Shown here: positions 12,501-24,010 of the stretch, one piece after another
Position numbering within the stretch: position 1 is the stretch's first letter
Layout of the letters: each line of letters opens with the position of its first letter
Source of the DNA: Takakia lepidozioides
Lineage: Eukaryota > Plantae > Bryophyta
Reading direction: 5' to 3'
NCBI GenBank assembly: GCA_030704615.1
Contig: CM060733.1
Location: forward strand, 45,632,001-45,696,000
DNA length: 64,000 nt
Made by a program: the position numbers and the translations under genes
Notes under the pieces: model-generated
What the model was told of the DNA's origin: nothing
The model's input: the letters and a program-made list of their open reading frames with translations, nothing else
Databases searched by the model: none

Positions 12501-13090
12501 ACGTATTGAACCCGTTGCACTGGAAGGGACTCCCAATCAACAAAACGTAGCTCGCTCTTGCACCCAGGCACACCTGCGAGGGCTTTCAATTTTGGAATGA
12601 CACTTGTTATCTCTTGCAATTCGTCATCATGCAATAAGGGAGTTTGCACTGGCGGAGGAATCTCAGAAACATCCTCCGAGGACGAGTCCGAAAGAGTCAC
12701 GAAGGTAGTGGATGTGCTCACCTCTTGTTTCACAGGAACTGTGCCCTTCTGTTGCACGACCGATGCTGCAGTGCCAGGGGTAACGACTGATCCTGCTGAT
12801 TGTCTTCTCTCTTTTCCAAGGACACGGTATGTTCCTGGAAGGACTCTCCACTTCCTTCCACACTCGCCAACCAAGGGTTTCTCCAAGTGCCCAGAATCCA
12901 AATTCCCATCATCGTCATACACCTCTTTCTGAACAAGCAGAGAACCCAACTCCAGCGGGAACACTGTAACCAGCTCATCCTCATGAACAACTGCATACCC
13001 ATCGTCGTCTGCAGTGGCAGTCAGTGGAAGAGTACCTGCATTGGAATGGAATCGAGCGAGTGCATCTCGCTCCCTCGACATGTTTTCCAT
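9510..13090 (-). CDS. MULE-type DDE transposase with Cys/His-rich N-terminal zinc domain and C-terminal SWIM finger; 2 exons (13090-11060, 10922-9510)
   Basis: Motifs MFDHCK, FMADSAQANFNAV, CLFHW (MULE CxxH), CNLAETVH (third acidic residue) and SWIM CTCPDF...CKH. A phase-0 GT-AG intron at 11059-10923 joins ORFs 11036..13504 and 9510..11168. The start codon is uncertain. Confidence 0.88.
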
Positions 13091-14023
13091 CACTGAACGA
13101 AACTGGCGATTCAGAACGGAATCCCCGAACTGAGAGCCCGTAATTATCGAAAGTGGAAATACCACCAGCAAACTGAGGTCAACAAGGGTAGCACCAAACC
13201 AAAGGCTGCCGGCGATGCATGCCAAGGATGTAGGGATGACGTGCACCTTCACCTCCCACCAACCAGAAAAACCGTTTTGAAAGACCAGAGCCACAAGAAG
13301 CCGTGCTGTTTTTGGATGGAAAACAAACCCTGAAAATGACATGAAACCATCCATTATGAAATGACGGCAACAACCCTGGAGAGCAGTAAACAGGAAGATC
13401 CGATTGTAATGAGATTGTGTTGCGCCAGAATAGCACAGAACAAACACTGACACTCCAAGAGATACCTCGCACGAATGTGTGCAACACATGGTCATATCCG
13501 ACAAAATCCTTTATACCGAATGACCCCATGGGGACGGTCACGGCATAAAAAAAACCACAGGGCATGCAGTACAACACACGTGGATGCATATGTGAAGCAT
13601 AACAATTATTGCGAATCTGGAAGAACTGCTCGGAATTGAAAAAGCACTACATTTCTACGACACATTCGAATTTGAAAGAAGGCAAGGAGGCCGCCATGTA
13701 TTGGCAGGCGGCGAAGTACATCTGACATATATCGCAAATGCATGCAACGGATGTTCTTTTTCTTCGGCGCTTTATTAGCTGGGTAATACAAAGACGCCAA
13801 AATGGATGAATTCCGTTCGCACACAATATCAACACCCGCATCCAAATACGGTTGACAACGTCCATTTTTATTTTTGTTACATGCGATACCAGGACTTGTT
13901 GCAAACGTCAAACTGGAGAGCTCCAGGGGCATCGTGGGGAGCCCTTGTTTCCAGCGGAGGAGAAAGAGAAGGAAGTCATTATACTTCACGAGTTCCAGAA
14001 ACAGGAATAGAGCTAGATATAGA

Positions 14024-17000
14024 ATGAGGATGGAAAGAGTGGAGGAAGAGGAAAAGGAGGAAGAAGAGGGAATACAGGAAAGTGTGGCGATGGAGGAGCA
14101 GGAATCTGGAGAAGAACAACAACCCAACATAGTTCCAGGAACAGGCGAGGAGGACACTGCGTCTGAGGGAGAGACAGACGACATGGAGGAAGATGTTGAC
14201 ACTGGCCTCAAGAAGAATCTGACCACGGGAAAGAGGAAGGGGGAGAGGCTCACCTACATAGTCGGCGAAGAGAGCAGCCCGAAGCGGAAAGGGTCCCCGG
14301 CAACTGGGGAGTCTTCTCGAGTACCTACGAAAAAGGTAAAATCTACAGGACCCACATTTGTGAAGAATTCGGCTTTCAATGGCAGGTATTTGAGAAAGAA
14401 AGAACCATTCAGTGGCAGCTCAAACAGTGTGCGTTGCCGCACACTGTTTGAGCTGCACAAGTCACTGTTTAAGGGTGCAAAATTCTTCCTTCAACGACAC
14501 CTTTCTGAGGATGAAATGAACCCCGCACTTCCAACTCAAACAGTGTGCGGCAACGCACACTGTTTGAGCAAGTCTTCTCAATGTTTTAGGGTGCAAAATT
14601 TGGCCTTGGAGTCAGTTATCTGCGGGTGAAATGAACCCTTCACTGCCAGCCCAAACAGTGTGCGGCAACGCACACTGTTTGAGCTGAACATTTCAATGTT
14701 TTAGGGTGCAAAATTTGGACTTCAGGGGCACCTTTCTGAGGATGGAATGAACCCTGCACTGCCAGCTCAAACAGTGTGCGGCAACGCACACTGTTTGAGC
14801 TGAACATTTCAATGTTTTAGGGTGCAAAATTTGGACTGCAGGGGCACCTATGTGAGGATGAAATGAACCTTTCACTGTCAGCCCAAACAGTGTGCAGCAA
14901 CGCACATTGTTTGAGCTGAACATTTCAATGTTTTAGGGTGCAAAATTTGGTCTTGCTGTCTGTTATCTCAGGGTGAAATGAACCCTTCACTGCCAGCTCA
15001 GACAGTGTGCGGCAACGCACACTGTTTGAGCTGAACATTTCAATGTTTCACGGTGCAAAATTTGGACTTCAGGGGCACCTATTGTAGGATGAAATGAACC
15101 CTTCACTGTCAGCCCAAGCAGTGTGCGACAACGCACACTGTTTGAGCTGAACATTTCAATGTTTCTGGGTGGAAAATTTGGACTTCAGGGGCACCTATGT
15201 GAGGATGAAATGAACCCTTCACTGTCAGCCCAAACAGTGTGCGGCAACGCACACTGTTTGAGCTGAACATTTCAATGTTTTAGGGTGCAAAATTTGGTCT
15301 TGCTGTCTGTTATCTGAGGGTGAAATGAACCCTTCACTGCCAGCTCAGACAGTGTGCGGCAACGCACACTGTTTGAGCTGAACATTTCAATGTTTCAGGG
15401 TGCAAAATTTGGACTTCAGGGGCACCTATAGTAGGATGAAATGAACCCTTCACTGTCAGCCCAAGCAGTGTGCGGCAACGCACACTGTTTGAGCTGAACA
15501 TTTCAATGTTTCTCGGTGCAAAATTTGGACTTCAGGGGCACCTGTTTGAGGATGAAATGAACCCTTCACTGTCAGCCCAAACAGTGTGCGGCAACGCACA
15601 CTGTTTGAGCTGAACATTTCAATGTTTCTGGGTGCAAAATTTGGACTTCAGGGTGACCTGTTTGAGGATGAAATGAACCCTTCACTGTCAGCCCAAACAG
15701 TGTGCGGCAACGCACACTGTTTGAGATGAACATTTCAATGTTTCTGGGTGCAAAATTTGGACTTCAGGGGCACCTATGTGAGGATGAAATGAACCCTTCA
15801 CTGTCAGCCCAAACAGTGTGCGGCAACGCACACTGTTTGAGCTGAACATTTCAATGTTTTAGGGTGCAAAATTTGGTCTTCAGTGTAACATTTCTGGGGA
15901 TAAAATGAACCCTTCACTGTCAGCTCAAACAGTCTGCGGAACCGCACACTGTTTAGGCAGAACATATCAATATTGAAGGGCGCAACCTTCGGCCCTCATG
16001 GGCACATATCTGAGGATGAAATGAATCCTTTACTGCCAGCTCAAACAGTGTGCGGCAACGCACACTGTTTGAGCAGAACTTTTCAATGTTCTTTCCCTGT
16101 GAAAATCGAGAACATAGGGAAGGTCCGTGAGGATCAATGAACACTTACCTGGCAGCTCAAAGAACACTTACCTGTTTGATCCCACTTTTTCATGCATCAG
16201 TCGACATTTCATTCCTCTTTTATAAGAATTTGAGTGAAGAACCTTGCAGGAGAAAATGCAAAGTGTGGCGGATGAGGTCCCTCAGGGTCAGGGGAAGGAG
16301 ACCATAGTTGATGTACGTGGCAGCTCAAATAGTGTGCGTCAACGCACACTGTTTGAGCCCAACTTGTCATTGTTTATCGGCCACATAGGGCATGTATTTG
16401 AGGTTCAATGCAGACTTACCTGGCAGCTCAAACAGTGTGCGTCAATGCACACTATTCCAGCCCACCATGCCATTGTTTTTTTTTATCTGAAAATCGGCCA
16501 CACAGGGCATCTCTTTGAGCGTCAATGCACACTTACCTGGCAGCTGGCATTTTAGAATCGACCACAAAGGTCGTCTCTGTCAGGTTCAATTCACACTTAC
16601 CTGGCAGCCCAAACGGTGTGCGTCAACGCACACGGTTTGAGCCCCTGACGATGAGTTTTATGAAAGCAAAGCCGCTGAGATGCTGGGGGGTCAAAAGGTG
16701 AACTCTCAGCTTGTGGTTCAAAGTATGCTTGCTCCTGGTGGGAGGTTGAAGATTCCCCTGTGTAGGTTGGTTTCCATGCCCGTCGTTCGTCCACCCCTTG
16801 TCAAAGACATTCTCAAGCTGGAGGCCGAGTTTGTTCATGGGTATTTGGATGGATCCGCAGTCTTTTACGTTTCTACTAGGGATTCTAGAGGTAACGAGCT
16901 CCTTGTGGATGAGTCAATCGTCGACTCCTGGGACCCCATTTGGAGACAGGTGAACGAATCCTTCGAACTTCTTCTCTCCAGGAAACCTTCCACCCAGGTA

Positions 17001-20000
17001 TTCTCGGGGAAGTTGTTTCACGTTTGGGATGGCAACCACCGGTTGCTTGCATGGATGGCTGTCATTGGGAGGCTGCACTCACAGGAGGAAGAGTGGCATT
17101 ACTCTGTTCGATCGATGGTGCTTGATTGTGACGACAACATGATGGGTCTTCTGACGGCAATGAATGATGTGAACAGGTTGGTTTCGCATTGTACATGTTG
17201 CACTTCTGGTTCCGTTCTTCCTTGATTCAAGTCCTTGAATTACATTCTGAAATTCAGATATCATTCTGCAGCCGAGGAACTCCACAATCCTCTCCCACAC
17301 TGGTGATGGCTTGCCCTTGTAATCAGATTTCCTGGACTCCATCATGGCAAGGAACCCGACGTTGGCCATCTCCAACCTGGTAGGGCGAATGACCCTCGTG
17401 GGATGTTCCACTGCATGGTACGGGTCCTTGGGATCAACCACCCCCTTGTTCTTTCTCCCGGATCCCCTACCATGCGATGGAGTCTGCTGGACATGCACCA
17501 CATGGCCAGGTTCTGCAACACTTCCCTGCCCACCTACCTGCCCTTGTGCCCCCTTCCCCCTACCCCTTCCTTTCCCCACACCACCAGCAACTTCTTTTCC
17601 CTTTGCCTTTCTACCTCTACCCGGGGTATCCTGAGCGGGAGGCTCCTTCTCTACAAGAGTCCTCAAATTTCTATCATGAATGTCGAGGTCGGCTGCTGCG
17701 GCGGTGGCTGCTATACGCCATTCTCTCTTCTCAAAGACACCTCCTGAGCTGGGGTCTCAGAAGGAGGGCAATCCGAATACCATGGGAGTTTTGACAACTA
17801 TAGGAGTTTTGAGCATGCATACTGGCCCTGTTAGGCCCAATTTCACATAGAAAAACAAGCACAGAGGGGGCTCAAAACAGTGTGCGTTGCCGCACACTGT
17901 TTGAGCTTCCAATAAGGGTTGGATTCAACCTGCCAGAGTGGCCCCAGGGGACCGATTTTAAAATAAAAAGAAATCACATAAGGAAGCTCAAACAATGTGC
18001 GTTGCCGCACATTGTTTGAGCTTCCAATAAAGGTTGGATTCAACCTGCCAGAGTGGCCCCAGGAGACCGATTTTCACATCAAAATCAATCACATAAAGAA
18101 GCTCAAACAGTGTGCGTTGCCGCACACTGTTTGAGCTTGCAATAAGGTGTGATTTTAATATGGCATAGTGGCCATAAGTGGCCAATTTGAAATAAAAGAA
18201 AAAGCAGTGAAGGGGGCCCAAACAATGTGCGTTGGCGCTTCAAGACCATCATTTCGGCAGAGATGTATAAGAAATGCGAAAGCTCCAAGACTTCGGAAAC
18301 ATGGTACTCGTTGACCCGTGAGGCTTTCATGGAGTACATGTACACGGTGAGATACATCTTCCTTCATCTGGCCTTTCCATATTCCTGCTTCCACATGTTT
18401 GTTTCTGTCTGTCTCCCTTGACCTTGGATTGATGCAACTCTCTTGCATTCCCTTGCAGCAAGACATTGCAGATGCAGGGGAGCGTGGCAAACTGGAATAC
18501 TATAGCTCTACCCCTGAGGAGAGAAGGACAGCAAAGGGGGTTGAAAGTCACATCCAGAAGGAGATGAACGCTACAAGAAGGACAATAATGAGTGCTTTTG
18601 TGAAGCAGTTGAGAATGGCCGACCCATCATTCGGGCCGCAGTTTCTCCTGGAGATAAAAAAACCATTATAACAAGCCAGGCAAGCCGGAGATGGCCCAGG
18701 AGAAGTTGCACAGGTTGTCTACCGCCGTCGTGTCTTCTGAACAGAAGGTGAAGTGGCTACAGATATGGAACTCCGATCCCACAGTTAGGGATACCCACAT
18801 GTTCCCAAGGCCAGAGAAAGAGAAGAAGACCCAGCGTGTCGTTCCTGTCAGTGACAATGTGCTGGACACCTGGCTTCACAAGGCCACTTACTGGAGCCAG
18901 GTGTGATGTCCTCTCGTATCTCACTTTCTTTTCTCTTTTCCTGTCCTTCTCTTCCCATTGCCTCTTACATTCGCTGTGACTGTTTTTGGGTTCATTCTTC
19001 CATTTCAATTGTTTTGCAGTTGGAAGAAAGGGCCCGATCGGTTCTGCATACTCAGCTGGCTGACTATGGCATCACTATGACAGCTCCGAAGGTCTCCTTC
19101 GAAGCTTACATGAGGAAATGGAGAGCCACAGTGTGGCACTCTGGTTTCATTAGAGAGTTCAGCAAGGAGGGTGGCATCAGTCGAACAAATGAGCTTGACC
19201 AGCAGGAAAAAGGAGAGGAAGCCTGGAAACGATGCCTTTACAGGTGCACACCCTTGCACTCTTTACTTGTGTTGTGGTTGCAATGTGTTGTGTGGCATAC
19301 TGTTTAAGGGGGTCTTCCTGGTGTGTTGAAAAAGCTGGGACACAATATGTGCACTGGAAAATGAGGCTGTGTCTGTTCCTGCAGGTACATTAGGTTTGTT
19401 CTCTTGGAAGAGAATTGCTTGGACAAACATCCAAATTTCGTGGACCTTTGGCTTGTCCCTGCTGGCAACTAGACCATGTTCACTGCTGGGATCTTGCATG
19501 ACTGGGGCCCAGACCATCTTTCTTCTTGTGGTTGGTATTTGGATTGCCCTCCTTCAGAGACCCCAGCTGTAGAGTTGTCTTTGAGGAGAGAGAATGACCG
19601 TATTGCAGCCACTGCCGCAGCAGCGGACCTCGACATTCATGAGCGTAATCTGAGGACTCTTGCAGAGAAGGAGCCTCCCGCTCAGGATACCCCGGGTAGA
19701 GGAAGAAAGGCAAAGGGAAAAGATGTTGCTGGTGTTGTGGGGAAGGGAAGGGGTAGAGGGAAGGTGGCACAAGGGCAGGGAAGTGTTGCAGCTATTGGCC
19801 CTGTGGAGCATGTCCAGCAGACTCCACCGCATGGTAGGGGATCCGGGAGAAAAAACAAGGGGGTGGTTGATCCCAAGGACCCGTACCATGCAGTGGAACA
19901 TCCCACGAGGGTCATTCGTCCAACCAGGTTGGAGATTGCCAACGTCGGGTTCCTTGCCATGATGGAGTCGAAGAAATCTGATTACAAGGGCGAGCCATCA

Positions 20001-21199
20001 CCAGTGTGGGAGAGGATTGTCGAGTTCCTCAGCACGGTGCGTGTTCTCTTTGGGTTCTGTGGCTTCTGCTCTCTTTGTCTGCTGTGGGCATGGATCGTTT
20101 ATAAACTTGTCAGAATTCCATTGTATTTTTGTTTGCAGGCTAAAATGACCAAATCGTGGGTGAATGGGAAGGAGAAGCCATATGCAGCGGAACTCATCAT
20201 CTTGGACATCCCTGATGGGTTGGTAGTCCCGGATATCCCTCCATCGGGTGCTTGTCCGGGTTGGAATGCATTTGATGAGCGCTACTGGCGGTGGGTTTTT
20301 TCCTTTTGCAACTTCTTCCTTTCCGATGCAGGTGTTTTGGTTCTCATCCAGTCCATCGATGTTCGGTGTCGCCGTGCCCTTGCCAGCTATTTGAAAGCCT
20401 CGGGCATGAGAGTCGTGAAGACATGGAATTGTGTGAACAGCATGTACCTTACGAAGGGGGATCGTCCGGGAGAGATGGTGAGTTTCCCTTCTTCTTCCTC
20501 TTCTTTTTTGTTCTGGGATTGTGTTGTATAGGTCGCTCGAACTCATATGTAGGGGCCCGATTTCATTTTGGTTCTTAGTTCCTTGTGGATGTCATGTTCG
20601 CAGACTCGTCTGTTTGAAGCTGTTTGTCTCGTCCGGGTGCATCCACCAACGACTCCGGCCGGCATTACGGAGTTTGCCATCACTCACGGGGGCAAGTTCA
20701 TAGATGACAGGACAGATCCTCCCACGGATGACATGCATCACAACTACGTCGACAGCAACTTGTGCTTGCGAAGGGGGAATGGGGTTCCTTGGAGAGGGGC
20801 GAGGGAGAGGAGCCCGGCTTTCATTCAAACGATTGTGGAGTGCTGCACCTACACAGACGCCAGAGTTCTGGATTTGTCGATGGGCACAGGTTCGTCTCTT
20901 CAACATTCACATTTCATGAGGTTTGATTGAGCTTGCACTTTCAGCACTTTCCACCGTTCCGAATGTGTCTTCAATGTCTGCTTACTTCATTCTATTCCAC
21001 TGCAGGTGCTTCGTACCACGCTTGCAAGGCCAGTGCGCGACATGTCTTTGGGATTGAAGGGGATGCTGAGATTTACAAGAACCTCCTGATGGGTTTGGGT
21101 GGACACACTTCTCAGGTCCTTCCGAAGCCCCGTCCCGCTGATACTGGTACAGAGGAGACTTCTGACAAGGAGCTGGACTCCGACTTTGCCTGTGAGTAA
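14024..21199 (+). CDS. Multi-exon cargo gene: acidic N-terminus, ParB/Srx-like domain, beta-class amino-DNA-methyltransferase-like domain (possibly disrupted)
   Basis: ParB-like exon at about 16680-17177 (IPLCRL...VVRPP...VWDGNHRL). MTase exons at about 20139-20477 (LIILDIPDG), 20604-20889 (ERSPAFIQTIVECCT...VLDLSMGTG) and 21006-21195 (ASYHAC..SARHVFGIEGD). The order motif IV before motif I indicates the beta class. An apparent frameshift lies in the A-run near 18660. The intermediate exon chain is inferred. Confidence 0.72.
14416..16075. repeat. 15 tandem ~116-bp units, each with the 36-bp palindrome GCTCAAACAGTGTGCG-N4-CGCACACTGTTTGAGC
   Basis: Palindromes start near 14418, 14534, 14649, 14765, 14881, 14996, 15112, 15228, 15343, 15459, 15575, 15691, 15807, 15923 and 16039. 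Confidence 0.95.
16320..16645. repeat. Further intronic copies of the same palindrome
   Basis: Copies near 16323, 16426 (partial) and 16605, with unrelated flanks. Confidence 0.85.
17270..17782 (-). repeat. Inverted duplicate of cargo-gene exon region ~19532-20032
   Basis: ORF 17079..17666(-) repeats the peptide KEPPAQDTPGRGRKAKGK...PSPVWERIVEFL of 19476..20531(+). Confidence 0.92.
17868..18240. repeat. Third intronic cluster of the palindrome, ~116-bp spacing
   Basis: Copies near 17870, 17985, 18101 and 18216 (partial). Confidence 0.88.
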
Positions 21200-21986
21200 G
21201 TTCAACCTGTGCATGCTTGCATTGTTGTTTCAATATCGAGAATCGCTGTTCTTGAGGCAAAGTGCACATGGGAGACATCCTCTTCGTTGGACTTGTGCAT
21301 TGCATCATTGTGTTAAAAATGGGATTTTGTGGACATGTGTAGGAGTCCGCGTGCTTCCACTTGCCCTCCTGGGCTATCACACCTATTTGGATTTGTTTTC
21401 AGTCCTCCTCGGTCTTGTGTGCTACCTGTCTATGCGGAGGCACTCGCAGCAAGCATGTCCGTTCATGGCACTCAGAGTCCACCTTGCGATGGCCTTCGTA
21501 GAACACGTGGTGTTGGGGCCAGAATCTTTGTAGATGACATAGCACAGGAGGTGGACACTGATTGTGATGACTGCGACTCTTGATATGAAGTATTCTTTTG
21601 GTTTAATTCTGGGACAAATTTGAAATGGGATGGTTGTGTGTCCTTATTGTCCTCTTTGCAATGTGTGCGTGGAATTCACATTCATGGTTCCAAACTATTG
21701 TTGGAGATGGGGGTTGCATGGACTGCCCGGATTGTTCCTTCAATATATTTGTTGTTTTGTGGACCTCACAGACTTGAGTACATTGCAAAAACAAACAAAC
21801 CACTTTGTTCTCAATTCTCAATTCTCCCCACATCAACCCGCGGAAATAGGTGACACCACTCGGAAATAGGTGGCATCCGCGGAAATAGGCACTGTTTGCA
21901 TGCTGACGTGGCGTGAGCCTGTGCTGGGCTCACGCTTTCCTGGGCTCACAGGCTCACGCCTCCAGGCTCACGGAATAGCACCCCCC

Positions 21987-23090
21987 GTTTCCCGGCAATT
22001 GCTGCACACAGTAGGGCCCAGGCTTTCTTAGCAGCAATTGTAAGATAAAAAAAGACCATAGTAAGGATTGTTGTGGCATTACTGTTCTCCCTATCGAGGG
22101 TCCAAGCACAACAACTTTTCCACAGATTCCAGAGCACTGCTCCTCTTAGCGATTCAAAGACTGGGCAGTCAGAAGCCTTGGTTTTTCCTTGTTGATTGTA
22201 GTTAAGGAGAATGTTGACCGAAGTGGATGGCTTGACCTCCAGGGTGTGTAGAAGGTCCGAACCAAAGGCCAGATGGTGCGGGGAGCTTGGCAATGTCTTA
22301 GACTATGCTCCAGCGATTCATTGGTTTGAGTGGAACAACATTGACAGAGTAGGGCCTCCTCAAAATTCAGATATTGGCCTACCTTGAGAACTATGTTCGC
22401 AACTTGCCAAAGAAAGGCACTAATCTTGGCTGACTTTGATTTTTCCCATACTTGAGCCCGAATCCCTTTCCAGTCCTCTTCTTTGAAACCTTCATGACTC
22501 CATTTGTCATTCCACTTTGTGAAAAGTGGCCTGGCACTTAGCAAAGCTCTGTAGCCTCTTTTGGCCGAGTATGCGAAGAAAGGTTGTTGTTCATCCTGGA
22601 AGGACCAAGACCATTCAGCGGGGTCCAGTTGCAACGAACAGATGCCTGAGTGCCCGAATAGGACAAAGGTTTCTTTTTGTAACCAGGAAAGGATGGGAGT
22701 TCCTCTGGGAGCAACTGGGTTGAAGGTTTTTTCGGGAGTGGACCAATGACCGATTCTAGCATGCGAGACATTGAAAGCTAGGAGAATGACAACGTCCCTA
22801 CCCTTAAAGGGGAGACGACCTGAGAGGTCATCTGCCTGGAAGCAAAACCCTTTTATGAGTGGTGCTCTCCCAAAGATGCTTGACAGAAGAAAACCCCTTG
22901 GATTCCCAAGCTGCCCATCTCTTTGCTAGCCCACGATCTTCCATTGAGGGGGTGGGGGTGTTAAGGAACAGATGTTGCCTCAATGTTTCAGAGACTGTGG
23001 TAGGCTCCTTTTTTAACAGAAAACCTCTTAGGCTGTTCCAAGATTTCTAGATGGAAGCCCAGAGAGGAGAGCCAGGGGACTTATGGTATT
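21987..23090 (-). mobile_element. L1-like LINE ORF2 C-terminal fragment (zf-RVT-like region), degenerate
   Basis: WSW..., KISAFLWQVAN, C..C...ESLEH and LWNLWKS motifs in ORFs 22146..22634 and 21946..22293. Confidence 0.75.
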
Positions 23091-23689
23091 CTAATGTCAT
23101 ATGCACCAAATTTACAAAGGATTTTCAACTGCCACGTACGTTGAACCTATATTGTTTGTCTAAAATTGTATACATAGAAATGTTGACAAATATCATAGAT
23201 CCATTCTAATTACAACACATTCAGTCCACAGAGAAGAATTTATTCCCCAAAAAAATTGAAAAAATCAATTCCAAGTGTGAGATATACAACAATGTATAAT
23301 TGTTGTATTAGAAGGTATTATGTGTAAAAGCAAACACCACTGTACATGGGAACACACTAGACATAGGATGTGAGTTGAATGCGTGCGTGCCAACCTGCCG
23401 GTACGGTTGCCGGGGCTTGCTGGAGCCGGGACGCCTTGGCGGGGCCCGTAGTCAAATCCCCACCCCCACGCAGTGCCGTTATCATTGCCTATATTATAGT
23501 ACAAAACATAAAAATACTGAGGGTGTGCAAGAAAGTGGCGGGAAGCGTGGTGGCTGGATGCATTAGCCTACATTTGCCAGGTTCAAATCTCGCCTTATGG
23601 TGCGGTGAGAGTCGTATGTTTAAGGATTTAACTGAAATACCATGAGATTTTTGCATCTCCAAAAAATTTCTAAGTCCCTCAAGCGGATC

Positions 23690-24010
23690 TCCGCTCCTTT
23701 GTTCCCAATCACTGCTCCCATGTTCCCCGCTCCCCTGTTTTCCTTGCTCCCCTGTGTTATTGCTCCCCGCCGCTCCCTTGTTACTGCTCCCCTGTTACTA
23801 CTCCTGGCTCCCTTGTGCTATTGCTCCATTGTTTTATTGCTTCGCCGCTCCAATAATAGGGGAGCGGAGGAGCGGGGAGCAATAACAAGGGAGCAGGGGA
23901 GCGGGGAACAATAGCAGGGGAGCGGAGAACAGAGGAGTAGAGGAACGGGGAGCAATAACAGGGGAGCGGAGGAGCGGGAACAGGGGAGTGCCGTAGTGGA
24001 AACGTGGAGC
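23690..24010. repeat. Imperfect fold-back of GCTCCCC / GGGGAGC short repeats
   Basis: gctccc-rich arm at 23690-23850 and gggagc-rich arm at 23858-24010. Confidence 0.7.

Larger units (their letters stand above)
9090..21986. mobile_element. Complete large Mutator-like (MULE) DNA transposon, ~12.9 kb, with methyltransferase cargo
   Basis: Direct repeat gtttcccggc at 9080-9089 and 21987-21996 (9-10-bp TSD). Termini are weakly symmetric (N7-gcta-N5-tgagcc) with multiple subterminal GTGAGCC motifs. The flanks rejoin into one LINE ORF, and an internal DDE transposase is present. Confidence 0.9.

Noticed and set aside
13091-13504. Hydrophobic N-terminal extension of the transposase ORF
   Set aside because: It starts at a non-ATG codon and looks like UTR or intron sequence; the ATG at 13090 is more plausible.
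14416-16075. CRISPR array (36-bp palindromic repeats at regular spacing)
   Set aside because: The spacers are ~80 bp and homologous to each other, there are no cas genes, and the context is a eukaryotic intron.
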